A DNA stretch of 47,708 nt, filler included, from Jimgerdemannia flammicorona (Eukaryota): NCBI GenBank assembly GCA_003990765.1. It is 2 parts of 2 records of this genome, joined end to end, with 100 filler letters (N's around TTAATTAATTAA, not from the genome) between each part and the next. Parts side by side here need not be neighbours in the genome. Positions count along the whole stretch, not along the records: positions 23,906 to 47,708 come from RBNJ01001063.1; 1 more part is not named here. One strand, 5' to 3'. Below the pieces are notes generated by a model, which saw nothing but the letters and a program-made list of their open reading frames with translations, was not told the DNA's origin and did no database searches. Below, piece by piece: positions 37,901-47,708 of this stretch; within the stretch, counting starts at the first letter, position 1; the number at the start of each line of letters is the position of its first letter. The translations under genes were made by a program, and so were the position numbers.

Positions 37901-38920
37901 TTGGACTTATACTCAGGATTCCACCAAATCGGACTCACAGAAGTGGCAAGTGAAAAGTCAGCCTTCATCACCCCAGACGGAACCTACATCTACCTATGAA
38001 TGCCATTCGGAATGTGCAATGCACCAGCAAGCTTTCAGTGAATGATGAACAAAATCTTCTGCTATGACATGGGAAGATGGATGATGGTCTATGTCGATGA
38101 TGTAATCATCTACAGCAAGACGGCTGAGGAACATCTGCAGCACATACAGCAGATAATGGAGAGACTAAGACAACATGGCCTTTATATCAAACCCAAGAAG
38201 TGCAAGTTTGCGGAAATCGATATCTCCTATCTTGGCCATATCATCAATCGAGATGGAACACATACAGACCCCCTCAAGATACAAGTAGTGGCAGCATACC
38301 CAAGGCCCACTACTGTCACAGAAGCCCAAGCCTTCATGGGACTTGCCTCCTACTATCGCAGATTCATTAGAGGATTCTCCAACATTGCAGGTCCAATCTA
38401 CGAACTCAACAAAAAGGATACCAAGTTCCAGTGGACCGGCAGATAACAAAAAGCATTTGACGAACTCAAGGTCAGACTAACTCAGGCACCCATCCTCAGA
38501 TGACCCAATTGGACCCAAGAATTTATCCTTCAGACGGATGCAAGTGCACAAGGACTAGGAGCTGTCCTGGCTCAAAAAGAAGACAAAAAAGAGTATATTA
38601 TTGCATATCTTAGCCGTGAAACCCAAGGAGCTGAAAAAGAATATGAGTCCTACAAGTTGGAATGCCTTGCAGTCATCTGGGCTGTGGAAAAGTTCCACTA
38701 CTATCTGGCCGGAAGACACTTCACCATCCAGATGGACCACTCAGCTCTCACCTGGCTACTGACAACCAGACAACCCAAAGGAATCTATGCCAGATGGATA
38801 ATGAAGTTACAAGCCTATGATGTAACCATCATGCACCACCCTGGAAGAACAAATTCCAATGCAGATGCTCTCTCACGGACACCTCGAACTACCTCCAACC
38901 AACAAATCAATCATGAATAA
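34928..38920 (+). pseudogene. pol: gag-PR-Cys/His domain-dUTPase-RT-RNase H single-frame polyprotein with nonsense mutations
   Basis: ORFs 35222, 36500, 37022, 38042 and 38657 share one frame; CYSCGEEGHYSYEC, IIDTGA, dUTPase motifs RSSLA, GGVIDSDYTGEI, DRLAQ, RGKKGFGSTG; YVDD; QTDAS; NADALSR. Confidence 0.96.
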
Positions 38921-40103
38921 GGAGCTCTACTACGGAATTATCACATATCTGGGACAGTGAAAGATGCCCCAACATCTGGAAGAATGGACACAAACGATTA
39001 TCAACAGGACATGGAAACAATTTGAAACCGACAGAGAAACACTGAAGAAAGGAAAACTACTAGTCATACCAGAACACAAGAAGGAGCAAGCAATGAAATT
39101 GGTACACGAACTTGGCCATCTAGGAGGAACAAATACATATGACAAGGCAAGGAGAACAATATGGTGGCCAGGGATAGAGGAAGATATCAGACAATTCGTC
39201 AAGACCTGTGACAAATGCCAGAAACAGAAACAAGACCAACGAAATCAAGCCCCAGGATCAGCACACATAGAACCAGTACCATTTGCCCACATTGCAATAG
39301 ATGTAATCAGCCCCCTACCCTTGACTCTGACTGGCAACCGATACATCATTGTCATCGTAGACCTTTTTACGAAATGGATAGAAGCAGGACCCCTTATGGA
39401 AGCCAATGCATAGTCAATCACTGATTTCTTCCACAAGGAAATCATCTGCCGGTTCAAGACCCCAACACAAGTAACTACAGATAGAGGAACCGAATTCGTG
39501 AACCAGTTCTTCGAGGTTCTCTACAAGAAGTACAAGATCCAGCACATTCAGACCACAGCCTATCACCTTCAAGGAAATGGACAAGAAGAAAGGACCAATA
39601 AGACCCTCAAGAATGTTATCACCAAGATCTGTGATAACTACGAGAACTGAGATCACTATCTGCTAATAGCACTATCTGCTCTCTGGGATATCCGATCACA
39701 AAGCACCCACTTTACCCCTCGAGAAATGCTGTTCAGAGAAGAATGTTCTCAAGGAACCCTATCATCCAATGGAGATACTGTATGGAAACATATGGACATG
39801 GAAATACGGAGACTACACCAAATCAGGAAGAAGGCTGAGGATTACATAATGAAGGCGCAGACACTACAACGGAGGAATGCGGAAAAGACCCACAAACCCT
39901 TGGAGATCATCAAGATAGGAGACAAAGTTCTGGTGTATCGGAATATGGTTGAAGCTTCATGGTCACGAAAACTGGAGCCCAAGTGGGAAGGACCTTACCT
40001 TGTGCAAGATATAAAAGGGACCACCTTTTGGCTATGAAAACCCTCAGGCACAATAATCCCCACTACCATTCACCAAAACCAACTCAAGAAATATCATAGC
40101 TAG
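38913..40103 (+). pseudogene. int: Integrase as a separate ORF (HHCC, DDE, GPY/F; no chromodomain)
   Basis: ATG 38913 MNKELYYGII; HELGH..CDKC; IAIDV; TDRGTEF; GQEERTN; KWEGPY. The true stop may be 40103 or 40139. Confidence 0.92.
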
Positions 40104-40119
40104 TAACAAAAGTACCGCG

Positions 40120-40557
40120 ATGGCACTCAAGATCACTAGTGCTGCCCAAAGAGCCATTGAAAGACAATGGCACACCACCGAGCCTCCGACCATAGAGCCA
40201 TTCTATGAGGATATTCAGAGTATTGTGCAGACTCATCTCTCTCGGATCTCATGCTTTAGAGACTATCAATATCGCGCAGAATTCCAAGAGTACTTCAAGC
40301 TTGGACAGGTGCTCAATCAGGATCCATCAAAGACCAAGGAAGACTGGATTGCCGAGTGTCAACTCTCTCACTCACAGATCACTATTGCTAAAAGGATCCA
40401 CAAGTTATTCCGAGAAGATGAAGCAGCGATAGACCACCTTAGAGGAGTAACCCCTACCGACTTCGAGAAAGTGAGGAGACATCATTGGGAAACAGTTATG
40501 CAGCAAATCGCACATTACAAGACCATACAGACCATTGAAGCCTGGGAGTTTGAATAG
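40120..40557 (+). CDS. Intact 145-aa accessory protein ORF-X between integrase and PPT; function unknown
   Basis: ATG-to-TAG ORF without stops; aligns by eye with the LTR ORFs of family 1 and element E. Confidence 0.8.
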   Translation: MALKITSAAQRAIERQWHTTEPPTIEPFYEDIQSIVQTHLSRISCFRDYQYRAEFQEYFKLGQVLNQDPSKTKEDWIAECQLSHSQITIAKRIHKLFREDEAAIDHLRGVTPTDFEKVRRHHWETVMQQIAHYKTIQTIEAWEFE

Positions 40558-40594
40558 ATGCCTCAGAGACAAGACCATCTATTCAGGAGAAAGT

Positions 40595-41070
40595 TGTGAC
40601 AGTACAGCCAGATTTGGAAGAAGGAAATAGGGAATAGACACTTGATCGCACCCATTCCCAAAGTAGTATAGCATTATAGTTAGCAGTCCTCGATTTTGAC
40701 ATTGTCTAATTTCTTGGACATTGTCTAAATTTTAGACATTATCCAAATCGAATACTCCGATTCAGTACAGCATTTAGACATTGTCCAAATGTTTCGACAA
40801 AGTCCAAATGACTCATTTATTACTTAGCCACCCTCTCATAGCTAGCAAAACTTGTATAAATAACCCAGTATCTTCGAGTGAATAAACCTCAGATCGAAAT
40901 AGTTCAAAGCAAAGAGATAGCAAAGGAACTAGTAAGCCTGCGGGCAGATATACTTCGAACTCACCCACCCTCCCCTGCCACTTCAAGAGACTCTGCGAGA
41001 GTCAGAACAGTCAAGTTTCAAGATACAGAAATCCAATGTACTTTCAAGAGTAAGCGTCCGCTATGTTACA
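40595..41070 (+). repeat. 3' LTR of D
   Basis: TGTGACAG...ATGTTACA. Confidence 0.96.
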
Positions 41071-42399
41071 CTAGTAATTTAAAATTATCTCTATATTATA
41101 TAAAAAGAAAGAATACTTAAGAGAATTATTTTAATAATAATCTCAAATATAAGATATCTTCAAAGAGTAAAAAACAACTCTTTAAAATATTAGTAGTAGA
41201 TTTTAAAAGACTACTATATAAAAGAGAAAGATTAGTAATATATATATAGAAAGAATATAAAATAATAATAATAAAAAGTATCTGATAGGACTATTGTAAT
41301 ATATTAGACTCAATAGAGATAAATTATAAGATTGAAGTAGCTATATAGATTAGCTTGAGCCCTTAGTTACTTTTTTAAAAAGTAATAAAATATTCAATGA
41401 TTTCTCTCTCAAAAATAGAATATAAGGTTTCTTATTTATATAATATAAATAAATTTTACAATTTCTTAATTAGGCAGTATGAGTTTAGTATAATATAACA
41501 GATTTCTTAATTCTTCTGACTTTATCTGATAGACAGACTAAAATATAATAAGTTCTTCAGACTTAATCTGATAAATAGATCTAAATCAGCAGACTTCTTT
41601 ATATTGAAAAGTAAACTAGAGTAGAATTGAATAAAGCTTACAATCTTCTAAATAGTAACTTTAGAGTAGGTATTTATTTTAAGTATTATAATTCTTTTTC
41701 TTTAAAATCAAGTAACTCTTAGCAAATATATCTCTTGAAGTATATTAGACAGACTTATCTTTTACTTTTGAACTTTTTAGACTAAGGTTTATTTACTCAA
41801 ATCACTTGAGTATTTTATATAAGTATAGTTGCTATCTAGTTACTTTTTAAGTAATTATAGAATATAGTAAAGCTAATTTAAAGAAGATATAATAACTTAT
41901 TCTCTATAGAAATAGTGTTCTCTATAGAATGAGTATTCCACTTAAGATATATGTTCTAGTTATAATTAGTATTTCAGTTGGAATGAGTATTCTATTTGAG
42001 ATAAAATCAATATATCTGATTTAATATATTTAGTTATATATACAAATTATAATATATATAAATAACTATATAGATCAACTATACTATATACTCTTTATAT
42101 ATCATCTGGCTATACTATAGTATTCACTCAATATATATATCAGCTCTCACTAAAGGATAATCTGTCTCAGACTATCTTTTAGTCATTATTCTAATAACTA
42201 TAAGTATCTTCTATATTAATATTTATACTATTACTTTTTTTTTTTCTTAAAGAACAGAACTTCAACCTGATCAATGATACTTAGGTAGATAGCTATATTT
42301 ATTCTTTATATATAACTTGGAGAGAATTAGACATTTATCAGTACTGTAATATACTGTTTTATAAATTGAATAAAGTCTATCAATAGTAGTAGATTAATA

Positions 42400-42800
42400 A
42401 GGTATTGACTGAATAATCATCCTTTTGAAGATTAAAAATATATTATAAAGTCCAAAGAGTATTTAGAGATATTCAAACAGTTTTTCTAGAGTAAGAAAAT
42501 CTGTCTTTGGAATATTCTTAAGATATAAAAAGATCTTATAGAATTTTATCAAGAGATCTAGAAGATTGTTGATTCTGACTAAGAGATAGATATCTTTTTC
42601 TATTATTAAGTTAAGATTTCTATAATCTATATAGAGTCTATATTCTCCTTTCTTGGATATAATAAGTATAGAGCTAGTTCAGAGCTAGTAGAGGGTCAGA
42701 TAACTTTATTATCTAAGAATTCCTAATATATATATTCTTTCTTAAATATATTTAGATAGTGGGTTATTTTATAGAATTTCTATCAGATAGGTGTTATGTT
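42400..42800 (-). pseudogene. Decayed Ty3/Gypsy RT relic
   Basis: Minus strand reads VI(R)PSTS..KKGEYRLYIDYRNLN..KDIYLLVRINNLLDLL..KNIPKT..LFEYL*ILFGL. Confidence 0.7.
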
Positions 42801-44297
42801 TCCTATATTTATACTATAATAATATGATGGATTGTATGGCAGATTACTATAGTCTATAGTAAAGATATTCTAATATTTATGAAGAAGTTCTATTAATTAC
42901 TATTATTGCTAGAGGATTAGATCTTCTCTAATATTAGTAAAAGACTTTACTTTCTTCTAAGTTACAGAGAGGCCTTTTCTTTCTTCTGAGATCTTTAATA
43001 TATTTAGTTTATAGATCTCTCTATATATCTATCAGACTTCAGATAAGACCATTGCATTTCTCTAAAGATCCTAACTAACAGAAGCTATAAGTTTCTCTTA
43101 TATTTTTAAAGTAGTTATTTGAAATTAGTTATATCTTAATAGTAGTATATATATAGTTTATATATACAGAGATTGTATTTGGGTCATTTGATATTGATTC
43201 TCTACTATTTATATATAAATATAACCAATGTAATATATGTATCATTTTCTATCTACCAGACTTTGGACAAGATTATTCTCCCAATAATCCTTACTAATAG
43301 AAGCTGTAAGTTTCCTTTAGTAGTTATTTGAAATAGTTGTATCTTGCATTTGTAGAGATTGTATTTGAGTCATTTATCAGAGAATTACTAAACACTCATC
43401 AATACTATTATTATTTAGTATATATACTTATACAAAAATTTAAATAACTATAAGTATTTTATAAATTTCATCCTATAAGAATTCAAATAACTGTAGATAT
43501 GTACTATATTATAGTAAGGTGAGTATACTAGGTACTAAATTAAGTCAAAATATGGAATATATATCAAAAAAGATGATGTGTTAAAAGAATATAGTATAGT
43601 TGAGTAATTTTCATATATGGTAATAGAATAAGTAAATTTTTAATATAGTTTTTTTTTTTTTTTTTTCTAATAATACTACTAATATTAGCAAAAACTATCT
43701 TCATCAAGCCCACAGGTCAAGATTCTGCTCTCCTATTCACAATCACTCATTCTACCTATCTACTAGTTGAAATATTATCTATATCAGTTCTCCAAAAGTC
43801 ACCTTACTTTCCTCTATACTGCCAACTTATGTATATCTTTCAATCTCACTACTACATTTAGTATACTATCTATATTTACAACTAGTATGTTATTGTTGTA
43901 TTTCTTGTTACCATATTTTTGATTTCTATATTATCTAATAATTATTATAGTTAATATATTATTACTTCTGTAATTCTTATTCTATCAGCTTCAATACATA
44001 AGATATACTCATAGAGACTTATTAATCTAAAGATAAATAGAGTTATCCAAAAGATAAAAAAAAAAAAATAGCTAAGACTCTACTAGTAAATACTCAAATA
44101 AGTTAAGAAATGAGCTACTCCTAGATAATCAAAATCTTCCACCTGAGCACTTTGAGCCCTCAAATGACAGTGATCTAGTAGAGCTACTATATGATTATAG
44201 AAGTCTTTCTAAGTCATTTCTTGACCAAAGCAATTACTTAGAGCTATCAATAGATTACAGAAATATCTCTGAGTCATCTGTAAGCCAAAATATCTCT

Positions 44298-44497
44298 AAG
44301 ATATCACTCTTCAAGCTATTACTCTCCAAGCTATCATTCCCTAAGCTGTTAGTCTCTAAGCCATCACTCACTAAGCAAGCCATTACTCTTTAAGTTATCA
44401 CTTCCCAAGCTATTATTCCCTAAGCTATCATTCCTCAAGCTGTTGCTCTCTAAACTATTGCTCTCCAAACTATCACTTCTCAAACCATTGCTCTACA
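44298..44497 (+). repeat. 15-bp tandem array (AAGCTATCACTCTCC-like), about 13 units
   Basis: Read directly; would encode KPSLP-like pentapeptides. Confidence 0.8.
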
Positions 44498-44699
44498 AGA
44501 AAGCTATTAAAGTATATCTATTTTATCACTCTCATTAAATTCAAGATAAGAATTCAGATGAATTTATAAGTATAATTATAGATATGTTTATAATATCTAC
44601 AATCTTTATAATATTTATATTTAATTAAAGTTATTAAATTATATTACAGAATGACAACTTAGATAACTTTATAAATACTGATTCTAAAGATAAGAACTT

Positions 44700-45205
44700 A
44701 TTATACTATTCAAGTTCATCACATCATTCAAGTCAATTATATCATTCAAGTCCATCATACTATTCTAATCTATCATACTATTTAAGTCTATTATAGCACT
44801 GTTAAGTCTATCATAGTTGTATTATTTAAGTTTACTATATTATTCAAGTTTACTATATTGTTCAAGTTCACAGTATTATTTAAGTCTACCAAATAATTTA
44901 AGTCTACTGAATCATTTAAGTCTACCTTATTACCTAAGTCCATCATATCATTTAAGTCTACTACATCATCTAAGTCTATTATATTGTATAAGTCTACTGC
45001 ATCATTCAAATCCAACTCATCATTCAGATCTACTATATTATTCAAGTCTAATGCACCATTCAAGTCTATTATATCATTTAAGTCTATTGTAGTCATACAA
45101 TTCATATTCATCATATTATTCAAGTTCACTATATCATTTAAGTTTACTATATTGTTCAAGTTTATTGCAATCATATCATTCAAGTTTACTATATTATTTA
45201 TATTT
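44700..45205 (-). repeat. 18-bp tandem array encoding (D/N)LN(D/N)xV hexapeptide repeats
   Basis: Plus-strand unit TTCAAGTCTACTATATCA-like; ORF 44791-45183 on minus strand. Confidence 0.8.
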
Positions 45206-46513
45206 ACTTAGTCTAGACTAACCAGAGATATTGTAGAACTCCAGAAAGCCTCAGTAATGAATACCAATCTTATCAAGTTCTTCAGGACCTCTGATATCTG
45301 AAAAAATTGAAATGATATAGAGAAGATTAGTATGGCCCTTGTACAAAGATGACACTATCTTCCTGAGATGAATTATAAATATCAATCTTGTAACAAAGTA
45401 AGCTTAATTTTCTGATACATTTCTAGTACTTCAGTATATAATATAATATATATATATCTGATATTTATGTTAATATTTACTGTTATATTTCATTATTTAT
45501 AGATCAACTATATAGTTAATAATTGGTATCAAGACATATTAGAGAAATATCAAAGCTAATACAATACTTGCAGGATGATACTCTATAGAAGCAGATTGTA
45601 TAACAAATTCACAACTTTATCTTCTTGGAAAATATATGGCCAAATGTTAGCATGCAGAAAACCTTTATATTTTTAATATCTCATAATAGTGATAAAAGTG
45701 ATCTGACTTCTATAGTAAGTATATTTCAGCAGAGTTTGGACTTATTTATAATCTCAATTAAACATAGTCCCAACAAATAAATATGATTTTTTTTCTTTCT
45801 TTCTTTCACTATAAATTAAAGTTAAGAAACATTGTATCTACTTATTGAGCATAGTATTTACTAATAAATCTTCAGTTTCCAAACACTATATCTCTCAAAG
45901 ATATGAAAGATCTTAAACAGAGGATATTACAGCCTCTTGTCCAAATGTCTGATTCATTTATATACTACTAATATATAATCTGAATGAAGAAGGAGATATT
46001 AGACATGATGAGAATAGATATTTGATTATTCTGACACCTGTACAGCAACCTTCTACTCTCTATATATTATTTCAGTTTTTTAGTTATTGTGGTTTGGAGA
46101 AAAGCCTCAATTTAAGAATATGCTATTAAATATTATAGTACTCTAGCTTTTATTTATCTGTAGTCTAGTGAGTTATTTTTATTTTATTTTATTTTTTAAT
46201 TATATATTAGATATTAATTTTATTATATATATATATATAGTTGAATTATCTATGCACTGATGGACTAATAAATAAGTTTGAAGATAGAATGGAATTATCT
46301 CAGTATTATAAGTAGATTAGACAAATTCAAAATATGGTCAATAAGAAAAAATTGAATTCTACAGCTCTACAGAAGTATGTAGTTACAGTATCTGGAATAA
46401 ATTCAAGAATCAATAACACTCCTGATAAGAATTTGAAACCAGACATTACAGATACTCTAGAAAACTAGTATCCCTTTCTCTACTACCTTACTAGTCACAA
46501 TGGTTTGATAGGC

Positions 46514-47430
46514 CATGGGCATGGGCAACACAGACAATATAGGCAATATGGACAACACAGACAACATGGGTGAGCAAGATAGGTAAGACAGGCAAGATGG
46601 GCAAGATGGGTAAGATGGGCAAGACAGGCAAGATGGCAAGATGGGTGACATGGGCAAGACAGGTAGATGGCAAGACAGGTAATATGGGCAAAATGGGCAA
46701 CACAGGCAACATGGACAATATAGGCAATATGGGCAATATAGGCAATATGGGCAAAATGGGCAACTTAGGCAACATGGGCAATATGAGCAACATGGGCAAT
46801 ATGGGCAGGCAAGATGGGCAAGATGGGCAAGATAGCAAGATGACAAAACAGGCAATATAGGTAAGACAGGTAAGACAGGCAAGACAGATAAGATAGCAAG
46901 ATGGTAAGATAGGTGACATGGATAAGATGGATAGACAGCAAGACAGGCAATATGGGCAAAATGGTCAAAATGGGCAAAACAGGCAAAATGGGCAACATGT
47001 ACAATATGGACAACATGGGCAGACAACATGGACAATATAGGTAACATGGGCAATCCAGGCAATATGGGCAATATGGGTAATACAGATAACATGGGTGGGC
47101 AACATGGGCAATATGGGCAATATGGACAACATGGACAATATGGGAAACATGGGCAATATGAGTGGGCAAGATGGGCAAGATAGACAAGATAGCAAGATGG
47201 GTGACATGGGCAAGATAGATAGATAGTAAGACAGGCAATATGGGCAAGATGGGCAAAATGGGCAAAACAGGCAACACAGGCAACACAGGCAACATGGGCA
47301 ATATAGGCAACATGGGCAATATGGGCATCATAGGCAGGCAAGACAGGTAAGATGGGCAAGATGGGTAAGATGGGCAAGATAAGCAAGATGGCAAGATGGC
47401 AATATGGGCAACATGGGCAGGCAAGACAGG
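46514..47430. repeat. 9-bp-unit minisatellite (ATGGGCAAG/ATGGGCAAT/ACAGGCAAG) with a ~270-290-bp higher-order period
   Basis: Marker AAGATGGGTGACATGG recurs near 46638, 46907 and 47194. Confidence 0.88.
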
Positions 47431-47708
47431 CTAAATGAGCAAGACAGAAGGCACTAATAGGGGTAGGTCAGATGCACTAGATGCCAAGTACTTGAGGTAG
47501 TTGGGGCTCACAACCCATACCCACTAGGTGGGGCAAGCTGGGTAGAAGGATCTAGTTACTTGAGCAGTGAGGTCACAACTCACACTCTAAAGATGCAAAG
47601 CTGAGTGAGTGTAAAGGTAGGTTGAGATTGGGGTGGAATGGGGCTACTGATGTAGTATGAGGACATGTGATATATTATAGATAGTTAATAAAAAATAAAA
47701 ATAAAAAA

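Larger units (their letters stand above)
34338..41070 (+). mobile_element. Ty3/Gypsy family 2 copy D, full length, best preserved
   Basis: 476-bp LTR pair, PBS, PPT AGGAGAAAG 40585-40593, imperfect 4-bp TSD ATAG/CTAG. Confidence 0.96.

Noticed and set aside
34928..40037. Many in-frame TGA codons suggesting an alternative genetic code or readthrough
   Set aside because: They fall at Arg (CGA) positions, vary between copies and co-occur with TAA/TAG transitions; consistent with CpG decay.
40120..40557. Calling the post-integrase ORF an env gene
   Set aside because: Only 145 aa, with no signal peptide, transmembrane segment or furin-type site visible.
46457..47424. Long Cys/Pro-, His/Ala- or Leu/Pro-rich ORFs
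   Set aside because: By-products of a 9-bp minisatellite that is open in several frames on both strands.

Overview
Eukaryotic, most likely fungal, repeat-filled DNA with no intact host gene and one artificial 100-bp scaffold gap (23806-23905). It is a nest of Ty3/Gypsy LTR retrotransposons that carry a dUTPase. Family 1 has ~1.5-kb LTRs: copy A (1492-4143, minus strand, cut by a LINE), copy B (11982-20446, TSD CTAT) and copy C (25469-32946, TSD AAAT, RT/RNase H deleted). Family 2 has 476-bp LTRs: copy D (34338-41070, best preserved), a related solo LTR and older relics. Element E (~4144-10204) is a heavily decayed chromodomain-bearing Gypsy. Also present are a LINE ORF1 (1-1420, minus), a hAT-type palindromic MITE, a ~340-bp-arm foldback and several tandem arrays. 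All copies are eroded by C>T/G>A transitions, CpG first and then CpA/TpG. The main observation is that three different Gypsy lineages each carry a member of one accessory protein family I do not recognise (ORF-X). It is intact just after integrase in D (40120-40557), but lies in the LTR in family 1 and apparently in E. In family 1 and D the LTRs also hold family-specific palindromic tandem arrays, and integrase is a separate ORF whose ATG overlaps the pol stop codon. Together this suggests a polycistronic, complex-retrovirus-like retrotransposon with a possible trans-acting regulator or anti-silencing factor. Alignments were done by eye; function is inference only.
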